Positions 15,983 to 26,800 of a DNA stretch of 28,437 bases are shown here, one piece after another; position 1 is the stretch's first letter; each line of letters begins with the position of its first letter. This DNA is from a virus (lineage: Duplodnaviria > Caudoviricetes): IMG/VR virus record IMGVR_UViG_3300008267_001272, positions 1 through 28,437 of that record; one strand, written 5' to 3'. Under the pieces are notes generated by a model. It worked only from the letters and a program-made list of their open reading frames with translations, did not search any database and was not told the DNA's origin. The position numbers and the translations under genes are program-made.

Positions 15983-18468
15983 ATGAAATCAGAATTATTA
16001 AGAAAAGCTTTAATGTCAAAAATGGCAGTAGGCGGTAATGTTGGAAATGGAGGGGATGATGATGCAAAAAAATCTGCTAAAAAGGTAACAAAAATACCAG
16101 AAGGTTACGAGGCAGTGAAAGATTCACAAGGAAAGCCAGTTACTAATGAGCAAGGAGATGTTTTGTATAAAAAAGAATCAAAAACTGAAGAGCCTAAAAA
16201 GGGGTCTGAAATTCCTGTAAAACCAAGACCTACTAAACCACAAGTTAAAGGACAAATTTCTGATGATAAACCAAAACCTACATTTACTCCTCCAAAAAAA
16301 AGGCACAAGAAAACAAATGGGCTACATTATGGGGAGGAGAAAGAAGATGGTCAAGAGCAGCGCAAGGTATGTCGCCTATTTATGACAAGTCAGGAAAAAG
16401 AATGTTTTATGAATCAATAGATATTCCTGCTCAATGGGACGCAAAAGCTAACAAATGGGAAACCGCAGGTGGATGGGGAAAGCCTACGACTTTATACGGT
16501 GTTGATGTTAATGGTAAATTAGAAGTTTTCGACCCGGCATCAAGTCCAATCTCATATAATGAAAAAGGTAAACCTTATTATGATTATGAAAAAATAGCAA
16601 AAACAACAGGCATATACGGAAAAGAAACTGATGTTGCTTTAAAGGAAGGTCCTAAAAGGGCTTTATTGGGATTTGGAGCGGCTCAAGCGCAACCTTTTAA
16701 AGCTGAATATGATCCTTCAAAAGATGTTAAGCAGCCTATAAATACAATGTATGGAGAAGGTGGACCTTATACTCCTGTTCAACCAAAGAAAAAAGGTGGA
16801 ATAGTAGGGAGATACGCAGATGGCACACAACCATCAGGTATTGACCCTAATGTAATTACTAATGAAACCAATATGATTGGCGGTAAAAAAGTAAATAGTA
16901 ACTACAAAGACTATGTGTTAAGAGCTACAAAACCTAACGAGCTTCAAGACATGAACGTTGAGGATACTGATATGAGTGGCTTTAATTATAAAATGCCTAG
17001 TAGCGGAATATCTTCAAGTGGCTCAAAAATAGGAGGAACGGCATCTGCTGGTTCAAGTGGAGTTTCAAATATTGGAAAAGCGTCAAGTGGAATTGGAGGA
17101 AAATCATCTGGAACAGGTGGTAGTTTTGATGTGGGTAAATCATTAAGCCCTGATTTAATTTCCACAGCAGGAGAAGTTGCTGGATCGTCAATTGATGCTC
17201 TTGATAGAAAAGATGGCAGAAGCTCAATAGCAGGTCAAACAGCTTCAGGTGCCGTTAAAGGAGCTGCAAAAGGTTATCAAATGGCAGGCGTTCCGGGAGC
17301 AATAATTGTAGGTACATTAGAAGCTGCTATGGGAGCAAGAAGAGGTGTTAAAGAAAAAAAAGAACGTTTAAAAACTGCTTCTGAATCCGCTAGGTCAGCC
17401 GCAATAGCTGCTCAAGAATACGACCCTTTAAATCCTAATCCACAATCTCAAGGCGTTAAAGTACATAAAAATGATGTTAAAGGTGGTTTAGCAGGTTTAT
17501 TTGCTAATGGAGGTCAAGTAAAACAAATATCAAACTTTGCTAACAAAATTAATTACGCAAAAGGCGGAACTATTAAAGGTGCAGGCACAGGAACTTCTGA
17601 TAGCATTGTTACCGATATAAACAAGAAAGGTATTCCTGAAGGTAGTTTTATTACTCCTGCTAAGAATAACGAAATGGCAAAAGGAATTAGAGGAATGGTA
17701 TTAGGTCAAAATCCTAACAAAGTTGCTGAATTTAAAAAAGGAGGAACTGCTAAATCCGATAAAGTTGCTGTAAGTAATGGTGAACATTTGTTTACTCCTG
17801 CTGAAAAAGAAAAAATAACAAGATACTTAGGAAAAGAAATATTAGAAAAGTTAGCTCCTGAAGCCGAAGAAAACGAAATGGAAAAGAACAAAGGTGGCGA
17901 AATGATTAAACGTGCTGACGGTTCTTATTCTAAAAGAGGATTATGGGATAACATTAGAGCAAATGAAGGTAGTGGTAAAAAGCCAACTGCTGAAATGCTT
18001 AAACAAGAAAAAGAAATTATTGCAGAAAAAGCAAAAGGTGGTTACGTAGTTAAAAGGTCAAGTGAAAGAAAAGGTAAAACTCACGTAGTAACTGGACCTG
18101 ACGGAACTAAAAAATACTTTGGAGATTCTAATTTAGGACAACATCCTAATGACCCTGCAAGAAAAAAAGCTTTTTATGCAAGACATGAAAAGAATTTGAA
18201 AAAAAATCCGTACTTTAGAGCATTCGCAAGAGAAACATGGGCTGAAGGCGGAACAGTAGGAAGTAAGATGAATAAAGCAAAAGGCGGCGAATTAACGAAG
18301 TCAAAAGCAAAAGAAATATTACACGATAAATCTGTTCACGGAAAGCCACTGACTGACAAACAAAGAAAGTACATGGGTTGGGTAGCAGGAGGCAAAAAGA
18401 ACATGGGCGGTATTGTAGGAAAATACGCTATGGGAGGAAAAGTAAACAGAGATTGGGATTGGGGTTAA
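15983..18468 (+). CDS. cargo/internal virion protein of about 828 aa if joined across a -1 frame change at the A8 run 16294-16301 (the ORF track splits it into 15983..16420 and 16369..18468)
   Basis: The downstream frame is open from 16270 and reads ...KAQENKWATLWGGERRWSRAAQGMSPIYDK. Both parts carry xxGG motifs. There is a Gly/Ala-rich weakly hydrophobic segment (GAVKGAAKGYQMAGVPGAIIVGTLEAAMG). It occupies the position of cargo proteins after the muzzle gene. Confidence 0.65.
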
Positions 18469-18485
18469 TATAAAAACATTATACC

Positions 18486-19421
18486 ATGAAAGAGAAAAGA
18501 AGAATAAATAATCAAGGATATTATGAAGTAAGTAAAGATGGGGGTAAAACTTGGTCTAAAACTACTATGCGTCCTACTAAACAAGAAGAGCAAGAATATT
18601 CTAATTTTAAATCAGGAAATACTACAACTCCAACTACTAAAAAAGGAGGTATTGCTGAAAAGGTTAAGTTTAACGCTCCTGTTATTGGTGAGCCTACTGC
18701 TGAAGAAGATATAGTTATACCGGGAACTCCTAAGAGAGCAATGCCTAATATAACTCCATTGGAAAAAGATGAGTATGCTGTTGCTCAATTGCAAGGAAAG
18801 CAAACGGGGCAAACTCCTTTTGAAAAGTCATTAGAATATACTAAAACTCCATCTACTGAAAGAAAATACGGAGCAGGATTAGAAACCATTTTAGGTGCTG
18901 CGCAAGCAGGTTATGGCTTACAACAATTAATGAAAGACAAAAGACCTGTTTATGAAACTGACCCTGCATTAATAGGTACGGCAAATCAAATGATTTCGGC
19001 TGCAAGATACGGATATACTCCCGAACAAAAAGCCGCATTAATGAATGATATTGTAAATACAAGAATAGCACAACAAGCTAAAATTAATCAATTAGCAGGT
19101 GGTAGTGCGGGTGTTGGATTAGCAAATGCTAAAGCTGCGTTAAACGACGAATTAATGAATAAATATAAGCTTAGGGCTGAAGATGAACAATTGCGTATGA
19201 ATAAACTTCAAGGCGCGCTTGGAGCTTCACGATTATTGAATGCGGAAGGGCAAATGAAATTCCAAAACAAGATGAATGAGTTTATGCAAAAACAACAAGC
19301 TGGTGCTGAATTATTAGGTGCAGGTATTCAAAATGTTGTAGGCGCAAGAAGATACCAACGTGAAAGAGAGGCTCAAGACCAAATCAATAAAATGATGTAC
19401 GGAAATACAAATTTAGGATAA
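18486..19421 (+). CDS. putative cargo/ejection protein (311 aa)
   Basis: Low-complexity N-terminal half; Ala/Gln/Gly-rich helical C-terminal half (GAGLETILGAAQAGYGL; AGAELLGAGIQNVVGA), typical of podophage ejection proteins. Confidence 0.55.
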   Translation: MKEKRRINNQGYYEVSKDGGKTWSKTTMRPTKQEEQEYSNFKSGNTTTPTTKKGGIAEKVKFNAPVIGEPTAEEDIVIPGTPKRAMPNITPLEKDEYAVAQLQGKQTGQTPFEKSLEYTKTPSTERKYGAGLETILGAAQAGYGLQQLMKDKRPVYETDPALIGTANQMISAARYGYTPEQKAALMNDIVNTRIAQQAKINQLAGGSAGVGLANAKAALNDELMNKYKLRAEDEQLRMNKLQGALGASRLLNAEGQMKFQNKMNEFMQKQQAGAELLGAGIQNVVGARRYQREREAQDQINKMMYGNTNLG

Positions 19422-19425
19422 TAGT

Positions 19426-20883
19426 ATGGCAGATATAGGGATACGTAAAGGATTAGCTCAAAGTTTTGGATATGACCAAGCGACTGCTGATTTAGCAAGG
19501 CAACAAGACCAAATGCGTCAAGCTAAGATTTACGCCGAGAATAAGGCTAAAATGTTAGCAGAAGATTTTGATTATAACAGCGCTATAAACGCGTGGGATA
19601 ATACTGCTATTAAAGAATATGCTCAAGGCAAAATAAAAGAGTTAGGGGCTTTTGTAAGAGAGAATCCTGATTACTTATATAATGTAGAAAAAAGAATTGC
19701 TTACAATAACATTAAAAGAGAATTAAAAGATAGTAAACCTTTAATGGAAGGGTTGCAAGTGGATTCAAACGTTAAGGCAATGGAGCAATGGAAAAACGAC
19801 CCTAAAAATGCTCCTTTGTTAGATACGCCTGAATTTCAAAAAACACTACAAGACTACCAAAATTATATTAAAACAGGTAGCGCAGATGGTAACACAGCTA
19901 ACAGAAAGTTGTTTACATTCTATCCGCCTGAAGAAAGGATGGATACATTACCTAAATTAATGAAATACGCTAACGAAACTGAATACGATTTAGAAAGTAC
20001 AGTAGGATTAGGATTAGGTAGTGCAGCTAAAAAATTTGCCATATCTGATAATAGAAAAGGACAAGCGGCTGATGCTGCATTAAGAGATATGGAATTAGGT
20101 AGAACATTACAACAAGAGTATAATGTTTATTTAAGTGGATTACCTGAAGGAGAAAGACCATTATCTTTAAAGCAATATACCGTAAACAAAATGAATCCTT
20201 ATTTCCCTTCTAATAAGTATGACAAATACTCGTACAGTGTAAGGGAGCCTAAATCGGGTTCTGGAGCAGGTTTAAGTTCGTCAGAAAGATTAGACTTGTA
20301 TGATTCGTTAATTAAAAACGCAGCATCTAAGCCGGGACAAAAAATAGCGGCAAATCCAAAAGGAGCAAATGAAATTATATCAGGAGGACAAAATGCTCTT
20401 AAAACAGGTGGTTTATATTTCGATAAAGGAAATGGAGATTATGTTCCTTTAAAAGATTTTGTAACGCCTAATTTTACGACATCAAATTCTACTGTAAAAT
20501 ATGATCCTGTAACTAAAAAAGCGTTTGTTTCAACGACGCTTACTTTGCCTGCTGACGAAGCAAATGATATTTTTGATGGAGCTGAGCCATTAGATATTGG
20601 CTTTTGGTTTTGGAATGAAGATAAGGCAAAAGAAGGTTTTGAAAAAGGTATAACGTTTGAAGGCGATAATGTTAATATAGAAGTTTGGAAACCTGTTGAG
20701 ATTGATAATAGAAGCACAAACGCAGCATATAATCATGCCGCAGGACAAACATTGGAAAAATCAGAAACAGGTCAAGAAGCCAATCAACCTATTAGCAAAA
20801 AAGCATTAGTAGAAAAATACGGTAAAGAAAATGCAGATATTTTCATTAAAAAATACAGTAACTCTGTAAATATAACTGACTAA
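19426..20883 (+). CDS. putative cargo/ejection protein (485 aa)
   Basis: Helical charged N-terminal region; tightly packed in the cargo cluster; no motif recognised. Confidence 0.5.
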   Translation: MADIGIRKGLAQSFGYDQATADLARQQDQMRQAKIYAENKAKMLAEDFDYNSAINAWDNTAIKEYAQGKIKELGAFVRENPDYLYNVEKRIAYNNIKRELKDSKPLMEGLQVDSNVKAMEQWKNDPKNAPLLDTPEFQKTLQDYQNYIKTGSADGNTANRKLFTFYPPEERMDTLPKLMKYANETEYDLESTVGLGLGSAAKKFAISDNRKGQAADAALRDMELGRTLQQEYNVYLSGLPEGERPLSLKQYTVNKMNPYFPSNKYDKYSYSVREPKSGSGAGLSSSERLDLYDSLIKNAASKPGQKIAANPKGANEIISGGQNALKTGGLYFDKGNGDYVPLKDFVTPNFTTSNSTVKYDPVTKKAFVSTTLTLPADEANDIFDGAEPLDIGFWFWNEDKAKEGFEKGITFEGDNVNIEVWKPVEIDNRSTNAAYNHAAGQTLEKSETGQEANQPISKKALVEKYGKENADIFIKKYSNSVNITD

Positions 20884-20885
20884 AA

Positions 20886-23800
20886 ATGGGTAAGAAACAA
20901 ACATTAAATGTTGCCGATGCTATTGCTCAAGATTTAGGAATATCTACAATAAGCACAGAAAACAATGGTGGTGACATAGCTGATTCGATAGCAAAAGATA
21001 TAGGATTAACTCCTTCTATACAGCCTTATTCGTTAAGTGATGTAGAAAAAGATGTTGAAAAAACTCGTTTGAAAGAAGTTCAAGCAGAAAAAAGTAGAGA
21101 GTTATACGATACAAGACCTGAATATGCTGGATTAAATAAAGAGGAGAAAGAATACCTTGTTAAAAAAGAAAAAGAAGGTAAATTAGTAGGTGAAGATTTA
21201 GCCCGTGCAGCTTGGACTATGGCAGGCAATGACCCTACTCAAAAAAAGGTTGCTGAAAAAGACGCTAAAGGAAATAAAATATATTCTGATTTAGGAGAGC
21301 TTTATAAGAAAGGTGAAGAAAAAGGATTTTTTTCAAGTGCTTTAACTGATATTGAATTAAGTAAATATTCAGGTGGTAATTACTATATGAAAGATAGAGG
21401 GGATGGAACATTAGTTCCTGTTCCTTTGGCTTATAATGAAAAGCCTGAAGCAAAAAATGTTAAGGACGCTCAAGTATTTTCAAGCTTAGACGACGATGCT
21501 TATGGCGATAGCAGATTTGTGGATGTTGCTAAAAAAGCATGGAATATAATACCTGCTGTTGCTCAAGGATTTGTTTCTATTCCTGAAACTGTTCAAGGTT
21601 TAATTACTGGCAAAACAGGAAAAGGTTATGAGGTAACAAAAGACGTATTAGAAGCTGCTAAATTTAAAACATCACAAGAATTTCAGAAAGGAATTATAGA
21701 TTCTCAAAAGATTGATGAGTTTTCTGATTTCTTATCTAAGGACGTATATGACTTATCTCCTGATAAAATTATTAATACCGTAGTTAATGTAGCTTCGTCT
21801 TTGGGTGAATTTGCTGTAACAAGAAAGTTTGTTCCTGTTGGAGGAAAGGCAGGTACTTTTGCGGCAGGAACGGTAATGAACATTAAAGAACCTTTACAGG
21901 CTGCCGAAGATGCAGGTGTAGAAGGTAGAGCTAAATATGCAGTTGCAGCTACTTATGCTTTGGCTGCAAGTGGATTAGAAACAGCATTAGGTATTGAAGG
22001 TAAGATATTTGACGATGCCGCTACTGTTGCTAAAAAACAAATGATTAATAAAATCATTAAAGATAATGTAGATGTTGTAGGCGGTAAATTAACTAAAGAA
22101 TCAGTAGAAAATCTTTACAAGGAAACTTTAAAAGAAGTTCCAAGTTTCTACGCTAAGTATGCAAAAAACACTGTTGGAGAAGTTACCGAAGAGGTTGCTC
22201 AAAACATGATACAAAATGCTACTCAGCAAATTCACGATATGGTAGTGAAAGATGATCCTGAAGCTGCAAAGTTTAATACAAAGTTTTGGTCGCCTGAAGC
22301 ATTAGCCGAATATGCGAACTCTGCTTTTGGAGGACTTATAGGAGGAGTTGCGGGTTCACGTTTTATAAAAAACAAACAATCCCAAACAGCATACGATGCG
22401 ATTAGAGATGGAAAAGAGAATGACTTAAAGGTTCAATTGTCTTCATCTTTAAAAGAAGGTAGATTAACTCAGGACGATTATGATAGGGCTATATTTAAAA
22501 TAGATTCTTATAAACAATATTACGAAGCTACTAAGGACAGAAATGTCACAGACGAAGAAAAAAGAAAGATATTTGATTTAACATACGAAAAAGAAAACAC
22601 TAAGTCTGGTTTAGAAAATATAAAACAAAACAATCCCGGTGGAATTAACGATGGATTAATTGCTGCAAAAGAACAAGAAGTTAGGGATTACACGCAACAA
22701 ATAAATGACATTTGGTCAACTGCCGAAGCTAGAACATCTGAATCACCTGTTGCAGAATCAAAGGCACAAGTCCCTCAATGGAAAACTGATTTAGACACAT
22801 TCTCAAAAGAAGTAGGTAATGCTGATAAGCAAGTTTCACAAAACTTTGTTACAAAAGACAAAATTGAAACTGCTGTTGGAGCATCACCACAATTAAACGA
22901 ATTAGCAAAACCTTTTAGTGTTGATTTTAAAGCGCCTCATTTACCTGAAGACGCAGGTAATATTCAAATTAGGGATGGTGTTTTATATGAACCGTATTTA
23001 GTAAAACAAGAAGGAAAAGAAGATGTTGTTAATACAAGACAATTACCTGTTTACGCTATGGAAGATAAGGATGGCGGAACATGGCTATTTGCATCAGGAG
23101 AAAAAACAGATTTAGATGCGCCTGATGTTTCTTATTTGATTAAACTAAACGAAGAGGGTGGTTACGAAGGACATCAAGAGTTTAAATACGAAACAGCTAA
23201 AAAGAACGAATTAACTTTTGACGATATAGTTCCAACTTTTAATAAGTTAGGAATTAAAACAGCGTCTTTAACAGACGAAATTAAAGGAATAGAAAATATT
23301 CCTCAAGCTGAATTTGAAGAAGTTGAAGATATTGAAACGGAAGCCGAAGATGTTGCTCCTATTGAATCCGAACAATTTAAAAATGTTTACGAAAAAGTAA
23401 AAGCGGGCGTAGGTAAAGCGAAATTAAAATTACTTCCAAACAATGCAGTAGGCGTAACTATTGATGGAGAAGATGTTCCTTTTGCATCGCAAAGATATTT
23501 GAACAAAGAAGATTTGCCATCTGGCGATGTAGAAGTTAATGTAAGAACAGTAGAAAATATAGAAGGCAAATATGGACGTGGTGTATTAATTGAAACTCAA
23601 GAAGGAGTTCCTTTGGGATACATTAGACGTGCCGGGAAAGTAGAAACGGGAAGAGTTGCTGCTGAAAAAATATCGCCAACAGAAGATGTTGATATTGATG
23701 TTCCTGTTGAATTAACCGATGCTGCAAAAGAGAAAATACAACAAATAGAAAAAGACCAAGAAAATTACGAATTAGTAGAAGATGAATTAGGTCGCAGATA

Positions 23801-26800
23801 CGTAAATAAAAAGACGGGTGAATCCTATAATTCTGTAAGTACATTTGTAAGTGGTAAATCAGGTGGAGATTTTAAAGGCGATAAGCGATTAAAAGAAACA
23901 GCATTTAAAGTAGGTAATATCATTAATGGAATAGTAAAGGATTTCTTTAATGGTACTATTAAGTCGTATTCAAACTACGCTGAAAACATATCGCGCGACG
24001 ATTACGATGATATTGTTAGGCAGCTACAAGATGTACTTGAATACGCAAAAGACAAAGGATATTCTATTGTTACTAAGCCGTTGATTATTGCAGACGATGT
24101 AAATAAAATTGCAGGTCAGCCAAATGTTTTAATGATTGACGAGAATGGTAAGTTTTATGTTTACGATGTAGCAACTTTAAGGAACAAGCAAGGTGTAGAA
24201 ACAAAAGAGTTATTAAATAAAAGATATAAGGATAGACCAACGAATGCTGAAAGAATATCTGCTCAAGTAAACATATTGGCTGATATTTTAAATAATAAGT
24301 ACGGATTAGAAGTTGGTAAGGTAGGTGTAATTCCTTTTGATGTAGATTACGAAGTAGCAAAAGAAGGTCAGCCTGTTCAAATTACACAAGCTGTAAGAAC
24401 TAAAAGAGTTGACTTTAAACGTAAACAAATACTGAAACCAACAGGCAAAACAACTGCTGCGGAAGTAAAAGAAAAAGTTGAAGAAGTAAAACCTGAAGAG
24501 AAAGCAGAAGGTAAAGTTCCATTAACGATAACAAGTCAAGTAAGGCAACAATTATATGATTTAGGTTATAGCAAGGAAGATGTTAATGCCATGAAACCTG
24601 AACAAGCTCAAGGTATTATTGAAAAACAAGCCGCAAAACCAAAAGCAAGTAGTGAAAGTGAAAAAATTTTAAAAGCATACCCTGAACTTAAAGATACTAA
24701 AGTAACAGACAGAACAGGGGCTCCTCTTTTAGTATATCACGGAGGTGTAAAGTTTGATGACTTTAATCCTTCTCAAACCAAAAACGATAAGGGTATTTAT
24801 TTTACAGATAATAAAGATTTTGCTTTATATTTTGCGCATCAAGCAGAAATATTTGAAAGAGATAAAAGAGGAGATGATTATAGAGATATACCTGAAGAAC
24901 TATTAAGCTCTGGAGAACCATTTCCTGAAAAATATTTTAAATATGCTAAGGTACACAGTGTGTATTTAGATATGAAAAATCCAACAATAGTAGATGCTAT
25001 TGACGCAAAAGATATACCCAAAAATTACGAACCTAACGCAGACGGCTTTATCGCTAAGTACACAGGAGATTTTGGATATAAAGGAGGGCAATATGTAGTA
25101 TTTGATCCAAAACAAATTAAAAATGCTAATGTAAAAGCGGTAGAGCAATCCATCAAAGAACAAACCAAAGCAGAAGCTAAACCTGTCGAGAAAGAAGTTG
25201 TTAAGGAGGAAGTAAAAACTGAAGAGCAAGAAACGAAAGAACAGTTAAAAGAAACTGAAAGCTTATTATCAGGAGATGCTGAAAAAAACAGAAAAACTGG
25301 CAAGTTTGTAAAGAATGGGATTGAGTTTGTAAGAAATAAAAAAGGACAAGGAGAAAAAGGCAATCAAGGTCAAGTTAGGTTTACTAATGAGGCAGGAGGA
25401 GCAGGAGTTGTTGTTCCGTTTAGGTACAAAATTATAGAAGCTGAAACGTTACAGCCTTCTCATGAGGGAGGAATTAGAAACCCATTACACTTCATTCCTG
25501 AAGCGCAGCCTAAAAATAGAAATGACGCAGGTAGTTTACAGGCTGAAGATAGTTTTGCTGAAAATCCAAGATTCAATGAATTAGGAGAAAACACAAATGC
25601 TTACAGTGGAGCTCCAATAGTTAACGAAAGAAACGAAGTTATTCAAGGAAACAATCGTTCTGCCGGATTAAGAAAAGGTTATAAGCAAGGAAACGAAAAG
25701 TATAAAAAAGATTTAGTTGATAATGCTGAAAAATTTGGATTCACAAAAGAACAAGTTTCTGAATTTAAAGAACCTATTCTTGTAAGAGAAACTGCTGTTA
25801 CAGATGAATTTTCAATAGAGTTAGGAAACTACGATGCAAAAGATTTAGAAACTGGCGGAAAAAGAAGAATTGATCCTGTTGCTGTTGTAAGAAGAATGCC
25901 TTTTGATGTAAAAGGTAAAATATCAAATATATTATTTAGAGAAGAAGATAAAACTTTAAATCAAGCTATTAGAGATAACATTAAGGACTTTATTAACTTA
26001 ATTAATCCTTATTTGAATCAAGCACAAAGAAATACTATATTCAAAGATGGTGAATTAACTGAAGCAGGAGCAAAAGATTTAGAAGGAGTTGTTCAACAAT
26101 TTTTGTATGACGGTGGTGATGTTGCGTTACCTGAATTGTTTGAATCGTTATCTTATAATCAGAAAGAAGGTATTAAAAAATCATTACCAAACATATTTTC
26201 TGTTGGATACGAAAAATCAATAATTCCTGAAATACAAGAAGCTATAATTGCTTTAAGTAATTTTAACGCAAGCGGTGTTGACAAATTTAATAATTGGTTA
26301 ACTCAGCAAGATATGTTTGCAGAGGGTAAAACTCCAAAAGAAATATATACTCCTGTTGCACTAGAGCTAGCTAAAACACTAAACTCTGCTACATCTCAAA
26401 AACAAATACAAAAGATTTTTGCTGAATACGCAGGACTGGTTAAAGATAAGCTTGCTGATATGTTTGAAGAAGCAAAAGAGGGATTATCAAAAAAAGAAGG
26501 TATAAAACAAATATTTAAAGTAGAATATGAAGAATCAAAAAAAATTAGTGAAAGAGGCGGTGCAGAGATTGATAAAGAGCCGTCAGCCGAAGGAGGCGAA
26601 GATGTTGCCGAGCAAAAAGCAAAATCAGTCAAATCAATCTTTGACGAATCGGTAAAACTATTCTATAAGATACGTGGAACAGAGGGAGCGGCTAAAAAAA
26701 GGAATTTAACACAAGAACGTAAAGAACTTTTGAAAGAAAATCCTAGTGTAAGGTTTATAGATAACAATATAAGTTCTATCTTTGAACAATTAGAAAAACA

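Noticed and set aside
17569-17800. Tape measure protein call based on GAGTGTSDSI...SNGE motif
   Set aside because: The motif occurs in tape measure proteins, but the tail block is podophage/crAss type with no tail tube or assembly chaperone genes, so it is treated as a mobile module in a cargo protein.
18469-18485. Possible fusion of the 16369 and 18486 ORFs
   Set aside because: They are in different frames, with a clean TAA and an A-rich leader before ATG 18486, and there is no slippery site.
23530-23640. HIRAN-like domain (GVLIETQEGVPLGYIRR) in the giant protein
   Set aside because: Only the G..LGY segment resembles HIRAN and the N..D.NA motif is missing; too weak without a profile search.
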